64,000 nucleotides of DNA. Origin: an uncultured Verrucomicrobiae bacterium. GTDB lineage: Bacteria; Verrucomicrobiota; Verrucomicrobiia; Limisphaerales; Palsa-1400. The DNA lies in NCBI GenBank assembly GCA_963764165.1, contig CAVXRD010000004.1:608001-672000 (forward strand), written 5' to 3'. A program made the translations under genes and the position numbers. Positions 30,480 to 38,445 of this stretch are shown in pieces; position 1 is the stretch's first letter; each line of letters begins with the position of its first letter. The notes beneath the pieces were generated by a model. The model saw nothing but the letters and a program-made list of their open reading frames with translations, ran no database searches and was not told where the DNA came from.

Positions 30480-30862
30480 AAATAGCATCCTTAAACGTGC
30501 GTTCCTGCGTTGGCGGTCAAGCCGGGCACCATCGCCCGGATCAATCCGTTCATGCGCCAATACGCCTTGAGGGGACGAATCTTGCATGAGGGTCGATATG
30601 TACCCAGAAGACTCTCCTCACTGCTAAGCAACATGCGAAATCCATCCTTTTTTGCAAGGCAAAAAGAGGCGCAACCAAGGCTGAAAACCCACCCGCAATG
30701 ACGCCCAATGACCTCCGTTTCTTGAGAATTTTGGTCTATATTATGGCTTAAGTCGCGCCTCATCATTTTCCAAAAAACAGGTGACATTTGCTGAGATTTG
30801 GTGCGATTTGCTAAGATTAGGTGACACTGTCCATCGCAGCCGCAAGCCGTCCCGGCGGCCAA

Positions 30863-31041
30863 CAGATCAGGACGCAGATCAGGACGCAGATCAGGACGCA
30901 GATCAGGACGCAGATCAACGCAGATCAACGCAGATAAAAATTCAAGAAAGCGACCTGCGAATCCGATCCTGTCCAGCATGATGCCGCCGGGTCGCAAGCT
31001 GGCGAACGCGTGTCTTAACAGAAAATCTGCGTTCATCTGCG
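30863..31041. repeat. Tandem repeat (CAGATCAGGACG)x4 plus (CAGATCAACG)x2, with inverted partner ATCTGCGTTCATCTGCG at 31025-31041
   Basis: Directly visible in sequence. Confidence 0.85.
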
Positions 31042-31218
31042 GCCATTTCTCAGTAGTTCCATTATCCGTTTTGTCATACGAGGCACTTTGGCACATCGAA
31101 ATGAAAACAGAAAACCTACCAGAGGTTTTTGGGCACGATTTATCGAGAAAAAGCCGGAAATTGGATCTGGTACGACTCGGGCGACCTTGGCGACGGCTGC
31201 GCAGGGCATTGAATATGC

Positions 31219-31318
31219 ATAATCTCGAAAAAGCCGCTACATCCGCTACACCGTTGATTCTCAATGAGATAAACCGCTACATTTGCCGCTACAAGGCCGC
31301 TACAGACCCGCTACATTT
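31219..31318 (+). repeat. Phased CCGCTACA array element, copy A
   Basis: ATCTCGAAAAA followed by six CCGCTACA boxes; homologous to 53065-53164. Confidence 0.8.
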
Positions 31319-31373
31319 CCTTGGAGGAGGGGTTTGACTCGATAACTCGGTGCCTGCCAAGGCCAGCTATCCA

Positions 31374-31598
31374 AGCCGGAACGATTCAGCTTGGACTGGG
31401 ACCGCGACCGCCTCGGTCGCTCTGGCTGGCCCACGCGAAAGCGTCTTCCCAATAATTTGTTCTGATCTCTCGCCAGCCAGCCTTGCGCCACCATCACCAT
31501 TTGGTGAAGAATCGGACACAGCATGGGTTTTCGGCGGGACGCCGAAAATAGCGGTCGAGACGACCGCGCTCCCTCAAAGCAAGGGAGTCGTTCCGGCT
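31374..31598. mobile_element. MITE-like REP-containing element, copy 1 (intron-free)
   Basis: Termini AGCCGGAACGA...TCGTTCCGGCT; 31420-31573 is identical to 35271-35424. Confidence 0.7.
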
Positions 31599-31615
31599 AA
31601 GATCGACTCTCGGAA

Positions 31616-34021
31616 TTACTGGTTCCCTTTTAGCTGGAAGAACTGGGCGCTGCCTGTGGTGGGACTCGTGTATGGGCTGGTCGCGCCCGGAATGTTCGTA
31701 AATGGACCCGGCAGCAAAGGCGCGCTCTGGAGCGAGAAGGCCGCGTTCGTCCAACTCAGCACGACGGCGTTCGGGATCTGCAGAATGTTCAGCGGAATCG
31801 GGACGAGCATCGGCGCGGCAATCGGCAGTGTGTATGAAAAAAGTGCGCCGTCATTAAATGCGCTGCCGCTATAAACCGAACCGAAAAGCGCGCCATTATA
31901 CAAAGTCAAACCTCCCGTCGGCGCAGCGCCATCCGCGTAACTGAAACTGTAAAGGACGGCGAAGCCCGTTCCGTCGGTGTTGATTTGGAAAATGTTGCCT
32001 CCGCTGCCGTTGCCCGCCGCCGAGGTGGTTCCGTAAAGAATATTCCCGGAAAGCACCAGCGGCGTCACAGGAGAAGCGCCGTCAAGCCCGCTGAAATTAT
32101 GCATCGACAGGAATCCGGTGCCATCGGTATTGACCTTGAACAAAGTCCCGAACCGATAAGCGCCACCTTGTTTTGTTGAACCGTATAGCGTGCTGCCGCC
32201 AACGGTCAATTGAGCGGCCGGATAGGAGCCATCGTTGAACGTAAAAGAATGAAGAAGCTGGTAATTGGAGCCATTGGTCGAGACGGCATAAACACCACCC
32301 CAAAAGCTAAACTCCGCCGTGCCATATAACATTCCCGCGGAAAATACCGGACCTGCCACCGGTTCACTAATGCTCGAGAAGGAAAAGCTGTAAAGGTTGG
32401 AGAAACCGGAGCCGTTGGTCTGGATGGTGAAAACACTCCCCACACCCTGGGAGCCGCCAAATTCCAAAACGCCATACAAAGCGGCGCCGTCGAATGCCAA
32501 TCCCGGCGCAAGATAACTCGATCGGTAAAGATTGGTGAAGCCAGCGCCATTGGCGTTGATGCCAAAAATGGTCGATGAGGTCGTGCCATAAATCGCGCCA
32601 TTCGCTGCAATCAAGTTGCCGGACGGATGGGAAGCATTCGTCGGAAAATTGAACAATGTCGAAAATCCCGAGCCATCGGTGTTCATGCTAAAGATCGATC
32701 CGTCACCGCTGCCGCCGCCGCTGACGGTTGTGCCATAGGCAACGCCATCGGCAAACGCAAGACTGCCCGAGGGGTTGGCGCCGTCGGCGTTAGTAATCGA
32801 TGTGGCCACCGAATTGGTAAAAGAATAAAATCCGCTTGGGGAAGGCGAGTAGCCAATCGGCTGCCGATAGACTGCGCCATTGCCGCTGGCGCCCGTGGAG
32901 GTCGTCCCATAGAGATAAAAGCCCGAGGCAACGAGTCCAGATTGTGGAATAATTCCCGTGCTGCCGTTCAAGCCTCCCGTGCTCAATCCGCCCCCCGAGA
33001 TCGCACCACTGAAGAAGGCCCCGCCCTCATATGTGCCTCCATTCGGCGTCGTTCCGTAAAAAGTGGAGTTTGTCACGAATAGCTGGGCCTGCGGATAAAA
33101 AGCAGTCGATTCTCCCGAGGATAAGGCATCAAGAATGGCGAAGTTTGAACCGTTCGTGGACAACGAAAAGATGGTGCCGCCATATTTGCTGCCGCCATCT
33201 TGGGCTGTCCCATAAAGCACGTTGTTATACAAAGAAAGAGGAGCCAGCGGATTTTCTCCGACCGCAAAGCTGCACTGAACAAGCGTCTCAAACCCTGTGC
33301 CGTTGGTGCCCATGCTAAAGACGGTTCCATCGCCATTCGTGCCTCCCCACAGCGCGGTGCCATAAAGTGTCGCGCCGGAAACAATGACGGCAGCCATTGG
33401 GTTGGCGCCGTCGGAATTTGTATTTGAGACCAGCGGGCTAAAACTATAGAGGTTTGAAAAGCCTGTTCCATTCGTATTGATCGAAAAAATGGCCCCTGTT
33501 CCGTTGTTCCCGCCAAACTCGGTTGTTCCGTAGAGAACACCGTTGGCGAGGGTCAGGTCCGCCATCGAACAGGCCCCGTCCGTGTTCGTGCCGTTTTGTT
33601 CGGCGCTAAAGCTGTAGAGATTCGTGAATCCGCTCCCGTTGGTTGAGATGGCGAATACCGCGCCATTGCCATTGGCCGCGCCATGCGAGGTCGTTCCATA
33701 GAGCGTGGTTCCTGCCAGCACCAAGCCGGCGGACGGATTAAGGCCATCGGTGGTGTTGGTGAAGTATTTCAACACCGTGAATGAAAGCCCGTTCGACGAC
33801 ACTTTGAAAATCTCCCCGCTCACGTTTCCCGAGCCGCCCTGAAACGCCCCGTAAAAAGTCCCGTCCGGGCCCACCGCCAGCTTCGCGATGCAATTGGTGC
33901 CGTTTCCGTTGGGCAGCGCGCTAAACGTGTGAAGCATGGTGAGGTTGGACTGGCAGTGAGCCGACATTGCGCCAAGCAATAGGCCCGCGAAAAAAAAGGA
34001 AACGATTTTCAGGAATTTCAT
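31616..34021 (-). CDS. Secreted GloVer (Gloeo_Verruco) tandem-repeat beta-propeller protein
   Basis: Signal peptide; many repeats of DGANP.A.L..SG.TLYGTT..GG..G.GT(I/V)F.(I/V).TNG.GF..LYSF; QFFQL terminus. Confidence 0.9.
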   Translation of the reverse strand: MKFLKIVSFFFAGLLLGAMSAHCQSNLTMLHTFSALPNGNGTNCIAKLAVGPDGTFYGAFQGGSGNVSGEIFKVSSNGLSFTVLKYFTNTTDGLNPSAGLVLAGTTLYGTTSHGAANGNGAVFAISTNGSGFTNLYSFSAEQNGTNTDGACSMADLTLANGVLYGTTEFGGNNGTGAIFSINTNGTGFSNLYSFSPLVSNTNSDGANPMAAVIVSGATLYGTALWGGTNGDGTVFSMGTNGTGFETLVQCSFAVGENPLAPLSLYNNVLYGTAQDGGSKYGGTIFSLSTNGSNFAILDALSSGESTAFYPQAQLFVTNSTFYGTTPNGGTYEGGAFFSGAISGGGLSTGGLNGSTGIIPQSGLVASGFYLYGTTSTGASGNGAVYRQPIGYSPSPSGFYSFTNSVATSITNADGANPSGSLAFADGVAYGTTVSGGGSGDGSIFSMNTDGSGFSTLFNFPTNASHPSGNLIAANGAIYGTTSSTIFGINANGAGFTNLYRSSYLAPGLAFDGAALYGVLEFGGSQGVGSVFTIQTNGSGFSNLYSFSFSSISEPVAGPVFSAGMLYGTAEFSFWGGVYAVSTNGSNYQLLHSFTFNDGSYPAAQLTVGGSTLYGSTKQGGAYRFGTLFKVNTDGTGFLSMHNFSGLDGASPVTPLVLSGNILYGTTSAAGNGSGGNIFQINTDGTGFAVLYSFSYADGAAPTGGLTLYNGALFGSVYSGSAFNDGALFSYTLPIAAPMLVPIPLNILQIPNAVVLSWTNAAFSLQSAPLLPGPFTNIPGATSPYTSPTTGSAQFFQLKGNQ

Positions 34022-34036
34022 TGTGCTAGAAGTATG

Positions 34037-34357
34037 TCAGAATTTTCGAGCGCGACTCTGGGCAAACCTTGCATGAATGTCAAGTTGGAGAGCAGCGTTA
34101 AACGGCCTTTGAGCGCGAGACGGAATTCTTCGTCGGGCCTGAACCTTCCCAACGTGTGGATATTGGATGCGCACAGATGCATTTTTGCCCGTTTGACTGC
34201 CGCAAGCCCGGAAACCTTTGAAAAATTTTGTGATGGCGAAGGAATAAACAGAAAACGAGGCCTTTCCCCTTGTGAAGAAAAAGCACCAAAGCGCGATGCA
34301 CACCATCAATGCCAGGTATCCAACATCCACCCACGTAAACGCATAGCCTAAAATCAA
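34037..34357 (-). CDS. Possible small membrane protein or remnant
   Basis: Hydrophobic N-terminus only; TTG start; no recognisable motif. Confidence 0.25.
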   Translation of the reverse strand: MILGYAFTWVDVGYLALMVCIALWCFFFTRGKASFSVYSFAITKFFKGFRACGSQTGKNASVRIQYPHVGKVQARRRIPSRAQRPFNAALQLDIHARFAQSRARKF

Positions 34358-34480
34358 AAGTCACCCACCTCCTAAGTTGAGAACTTGTCGGATGCAATCG
34401 GGAATTGGAATGGGAATTCCGGCGCACACCCATGTGCATTCGCTCGCACAGGAGCGCGCTTCGATCAATCACCGCCTGTA

Positions 34481-35451
34481 AGCCGGAATGATTCAGTTGG
34501 ATTGGATAGGGGTAGGGAGAGCGGTTGCCCGCTCCCCTCCCTCCAAACCGGACGGGCGGATTTCCCGCATCCGGCTTTCCAGTCGGTGGTCTCGGTGCCG
34601 AGGTCGGCGCGCGAGGACTCAGGCTGAGGCTTAGGAGATCAACCCAAGTCGCGCTTTGGAGGCACAGATCTTCTGCCTCCATAAATTCCTCTTGCGAGGT
34701 TTTCCGACATGCACTTGTTCCACTCCTCTGCTGTGTTACTCTGCCTTGCTTAGCCAGGGGCACTCGCGGCAGTTTGTTTTGCAGTGGCGTTTCCCTCATG
34801 CTTCCACCTTCCTGTCCTCCTTAGCTTCACAGTCATTACTCGTTTCATCGCTACTATGAGGACTCTGATTCCTGTCCTGCTCCTTCCAGCACCAGCACAG
34901 GCATCCTTGATTCATGAACCTGCGTTTCCAGACATTCCGTCTCCAACCACCCCATGCGCCTCCGCTCCGGCTATGCTTTGTGCTCCGGGCGGGCTTCGCC
35001 ACCGCTTCACCTTTCAGTCTGTCGGCGATCATTCGGACTTCGTTCATTGCTAGCAGTCTCATCAGTCGCATCAGGCCGCATCGAGTTTGTGTCGCGGGCC
35101 GTTGTGGCCCGTCAGTTCTACGGACTGTCCTTTCGCTTCCAGTTGCTCTCCACGCCCTGTCGCCAGAACGCAGTTACTTTCAACTCGTGGCGGGAAGCAC
35201 CGCCACAGAGGGACTTCCACCCTCCTATGCACGCTCATTCTCAAGCGCACGAGCGCGACCGTCCCGGTCACTCTGGCTGGCCCACGCGAAAGCGTCTTCC
35301 CAATAATTTGTTCTGATCTCTCGCCAGCCAGCCTTGCGCCACCATCACCATTTGGTGAAGAATCGGACACAGCATGGGTTTTCGGCGGGACGCCGAAAAT
35401 AGCGGTCGAGACGACCGCGCTCCCCCCGAAGCAAACTGAATCGATTTGGCT
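34481..35451. mobile_element. MITE-like REP-containing element, copy 2, interrupted by a group II intron
   Basis: AGCCGGAATGATTCAGTT...AACTGAATCGATTTGGCT termini; length without intron is 226 bp versus 225 bp for copy 1. Confidence 0.7.
34506..35250 (-). ncRNA. Group II intron ribozyme, ORF-less (IEP deleted)
   Basis: 5' end GTGCG; domain V GAAAGCCGGATGCGGGAAATCCGCCCGTCCGGTTTG (about 34579-34544, AGC triad, GAAA loop); domain VI ending CCTACCCCTAT; domain IV only about 200 nt. Confidence 0.92.
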
Positions 35452-35480
35452 AAGCTTCTATGCCGACGGCATTGCGGACG

Positions 35481-38417
35481 CTACACCAGATCCGCGAGCG
35501 AGGCTCTGAATTGGTCGCGTTTGGCCTGCCAATCGGCAAGACGCTGGCGGTGTTCGGCGAGCACGTCGGGCGGGGCTTTACCTGAGAAATTTGGGTTGGC
35601 CAGCTTGGCTTCGACTTTTTGAATCTCCAACTCGACCTTTTGCAGTTCTTTGGTGAGGCGCTCTTTTTCCGCGCTGCGGTCCAATCCGGCGAGCGGCATA
35701 TACAGCTTCCCGCCGAACCCCGGGTGCAACACCGGTTCGCCCTTGGCGGGCTCGTAACTGGTGCGATGCTCGATGCCTTCCGCGCCTGTCAACACTTGGA
35801 TGACCCGCTTCTCCTCGGCGTCGATGTCGTTGGGGGCGCTGTAGACCAGATTCAATTTCTTATTGGCGGGAATTTTGTATTGCGCGCGCAGGTTGCGAAT
35901 TTCGACCACCAGCTTTTGGCGGGCTTCGATCAATTCCAGCGCCTCCTCGAAGAGACCGTAGTGGGTCTTGAAATCGTCGTCCAGCGGCTTCGGCCACGGG
36001 GCGAACATGATGGTCTTGCCCCCTTGATCGGGCGGCATGTCGCTGGCGTAACCCATGCCATTCCACAATTCCTCCGTGATGAAAGGAAGAAATGGATGGA
36101 ACAGCCGCAGCGTGTGCGACAACACGAAATCCATCACCGCGACGGTGTTGGCGCGGCGCGCGGCGTCGGTGCCTTGCAAAGCTGCTTTCGAGGATTCGAT
36201 ATACCAATCGCAGTATTCGCTCCAGAAGAAGCGGTAGAGCGTCGCGGCGGCATCGCTGAATTTATAATCGCCAATCGCCGCGTCCATTTCACGCATGGCG
36301 GCATCGAGCTTCAGCAAAATCCAGCGGTCATCGAGCGTCAGCAATTTGGGATCGATCTCGCCCTGGACTTCGCCTTCCTGCATTTGGCGGAAGCGGCAGG
36401 CGTTCCAAAGTTTGTTGCAGAAATTGCGGCCCAATTCCACCTGCTGTTCGTCAAACAAAACGTCCTGGCCCAACGGTGCGGAACGCATCACGCCAAAGCG
36501 CAGCGCATCCGCCCCGAATTTCGCGATAAGATCAAGCGGGTCTGGCGAATTGCCGAGGCTCTTGGACATTTTGCGCCCCTGTTTGTCGCGGATGATGCCT
36601 GTAAAATAAACATTCTTGAACGGCATCTCGCCCATGAATTCGTAACCCGCCATGATCATGCGCGCTACCCAGAAGAAAATAATATCCGGCCCAGTGACGA
36701 GATCGGTGGTGGGATAGAATTTGGCCAGCGTTTCGGTTTTCTCCGGCCAGCCCATCGTGGCAAAAGGCCAGAGCCAGGAACTGAACCAGGTGTCGAGGAC
36801 ATCGGGATCGCGCTGCATTTTAAAGGCATCGCTTTCCAACAATGCGGCCTGTTCGTCGCTGTAGTTCCCACATACCACTACATCGAATTTTTGACTGCTC
36901 GAAGTCTCGCACAAACTACTGCATTGGCCATAATCAAATCCGGCTCCATCTTCAAGCCCCACGAGTCTTATGTCCTCTGTTGGGTAATCCAGAGAAAGAA
37001 GATTTGCCAGATCCACCGCCTCTTTCGCATTTTCCTCGGTGGATCGCCATACTGGAATCCGATGCCCCCACCAAAGCTGGCGGCTGATGCACCAATCTTT
37101 GATGCCTTCCATCCAGTGGTCATAGACTTTCGCCCACCGCTGCGGATGAAACTGCATTTTTCCCGGGAGCGCGGACGTCCCGCCGAACGGAATCCCCCGC
37201 GACGAAGAAGCATCCGGCGGGACGCCGGATGCGGCGACCGGGACGGTCGCGCTCCCCTCTTGCGCTACACAGACGCGGGATTTCTCCACGCTCGGATACT
37301 TCAGGAACCATTGTTCGCTCAGGCGTGGTTCAATTGGGACATCAGCCCGCTCGCTGTAACCCACCTTGTTCGTGTAAGGTTCTTCCTTCGCGAGCGCGCC
37401 AAGTTCCTTCAATTTCTCCACCGCAAGTTTGCGCGCTTCGAAGCGATCCAACCCGCGCAAATCCGCCCCTGCGGCTTCGCTCATTTTTCCATTCGCCGCA
37501 ATTACTTCGATTTGCGGTAAATTGTGTCGGACGCCGATCTCGAAATCCGCCTTGTCATGCGCGGGAGTCACTTTCAAAACGCCGGTGCCGAATTCAAAAT
37601 CCACATGCTCATCGCCCACGATGGGGATTAGCTTTTGTTCGCGCGGCAATTCCTGCGGCAGCGGACGCAGCACATGCTTGCCGATGTAGGGAGTGTAACG
37701 CGGATCTTTCGGATTGACTGCCACCGCGGCATCACCGGGAATCGTCTCGGGCCGTGTCGTGGCGATCGTCAAAAACGTTCCCGGCTCCTCGGAGATCTCC
37801 ACCTTGAAATAATAAAGGAAACCCTTTTGCTCCTTCATGATCACTTCTTCGTCGGATAACGCGGTAAGTGAGGCGGGGCACCAATTCACCATGCGCTTCC
37901 CGCGATAGATGAGACCCTTCTTGTAAAGCTCGACGAAAACTTTTTGCACGCAGCGCGAATAATCCGCGTCCATCGTGAAACGCTCGCGCGTCCAATCGCA
38001 CGAGGCGCCCAGCTTTTTCAATTGCTGGATGATGATGCCGCCGTGCTTTTCCTTCCATTCCCAGACGCGCTCGAGAAATTTCTCGCGGCCCAAATCATCG
38101 CGGTGCTTGATCTCGCCGGATTTTTTCAACGTGCGCTCCACCACGGTTTGCGTCGCGATGCCCGCGTGATCGGTGCCGGGGAGCCACAGGACTTCCTTGC
38201 CGTCCATCCGCGCCTTTCGGGCGAGAATATCTTGAATGGTGTTATTGAGAACGTGCCCCAACGTCAGAACACCCGTGACGTTCGGCGGCGGGATGACGAT
38301 GGAATACGCCGGCTTCTTCGAGTGCGGATCGGCGGTGAAACATTTCTGATCGAGCCAATACTGGTACCATTTTTCCTCGACCGAATGCGGTTCGTAGGCT
38401 TTGGAAATTTCCGGCAT
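35481..38417 (-). CDS. valS: Valine--tRNA ligase with two insertions
   Basis: PPPNVTG.LTLGH (HIGH variant), GTDHAGIATQ, WCISRQLWWGHRIP, DVLDTWFSS, KMSKS, C-terminal coiled coil. Confidence 0.98.
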   Translation of the reverse strand: MPEISKAYEPHSVEEKWYQYWLDQKCFTADPHSKKPAYSIVIPPPNVTGVLTLGHVLNNTIQDILARKARMDGKEVLWLPGTDHAGIATQTVVERTLKKSGEIKHRDDLGREKFLERVWEWKEKHGGIIIQQLKKLGASCDWTRERFTMDADYSRCVQKVFVELYKKGLIYRGKRMVNWCPASLTALSDEEVIMKEQKGFLYYFKVEISEEPGTFLTIATTRPETIPGDAAVAVNPKDPRYTPYIGKHVLRPLPQELPREQKLIPIVGDEHVDFEFGTGVLKVTPAHDKADFEIGVRHNLPQIEVIAANGKMSEAAGADLRGLDRFEARKLAVEKLKELGALAKEEPYTNKVGYSERADVPIEPRLSEQWFLKYPSVEKSRVCVAQEGSATVPVAASGVPPDASSSRGIPFGGTSALPGKMQFHPQRWAKVYDHWMEGIKDWCISRQLWWGHRIPVWRSTEENAKEAVDLANLLSLDYPTEDIRLVGLEDGAGFDYGQCSSLCETSSSQKFDVVVCGNYSDEQAALLESDAFKMQRDPDVLDTWFSSWLWPFATMGWPEKTETLAKFYPTTDLVTGPDIIFFWVARMIMAGYEFMGEMPFKNVYFTGIIRDKQGRKMSKSLGNSPDPLDLIAKFGADALRFGVMRSAPLGQDVLFDEQQVELGRNFCNKLWNACRFRQMQEGEVQGEIDPKLLTLDDRWILLKLDAAMREMDAAIGDYKFSDAAATLYRFFWSEYCDWYIESSKAALQGTDAARRANTVAVMDFVLSHTLRLFHPFLPFITEELWNGMGYASDMPPDQGGKTIMFAPWPKPLDDDFKTHYGLFEEALELIEARQKLVVEIRNLRAQYKIPANKKLNLVYSAPNDIDAEEKRVIQVLTGAEGIEHRTSYEPAKGEPVLHPGFGGKLYMPLAGLDRSAEKERLTKELQKVELEIQKVEAKLANPNFSGKAPPDVLAEHRQRLADWQAKRDQFRASLADLV
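37165..37256. repeat. REP element inserted in frame in valS
   Basis: GGGAGCGCG...CGCGCTCCC termini; hairpins CCGGCGGGACGCCGG and GCGACCGGGACGGTCGC of the same family as 35251-35424. Confidence 0.85.
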
Positions 38418-38445
38418 AAACTTGAATTGCGAGAAAAAGAATGTC

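Noticed and set aside
30730..30752. dif-like site (TTATGGCTTAA)
   Set aside because: Poor match to the XerD arm and no XerC arm at 6-bp spacing.
31234..31315. CCGCTACA array or 12-bp tandem repeat (30863) as CRISPR
   Set aside because: Repeats are 8-12 bp with mostly 0-4 bp gaps, there are no unique ~30-bp spacers, and no cas genes.
30491..31874. ORFs spanning the repeat-rich intergenic region
   Set aside because: Translations merely reflect repeats (LRPDLRPD, SVALAG...TTALP); no coding evidence.
34098..34799. 233-aa ORF as an intron-encoded reverse transcriptase
   Set aside because: No RT motifs (no YADD). It reads through domains V/VI and the exon; only the first ~20 codons look like an IEP remnant.
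31420..35424. 154-bp duplication as a DGR template/variable repeat pair
   Set aside because: The copies are identical with no adenine-specific mismatches, both are intergenic, and no RT is present in the window.
36816..37256. valS insertions as inteins
   Set aside because: Too short and lacking C/S start and HN-C/S/T end motifs.
35619..37520. Long antisense ORFs (for example 633 aa opposite valS, 469 aa opposite the FG-GAP gene)
   Set aside because: Shadow ORFs expected from GC-rich codon bias.
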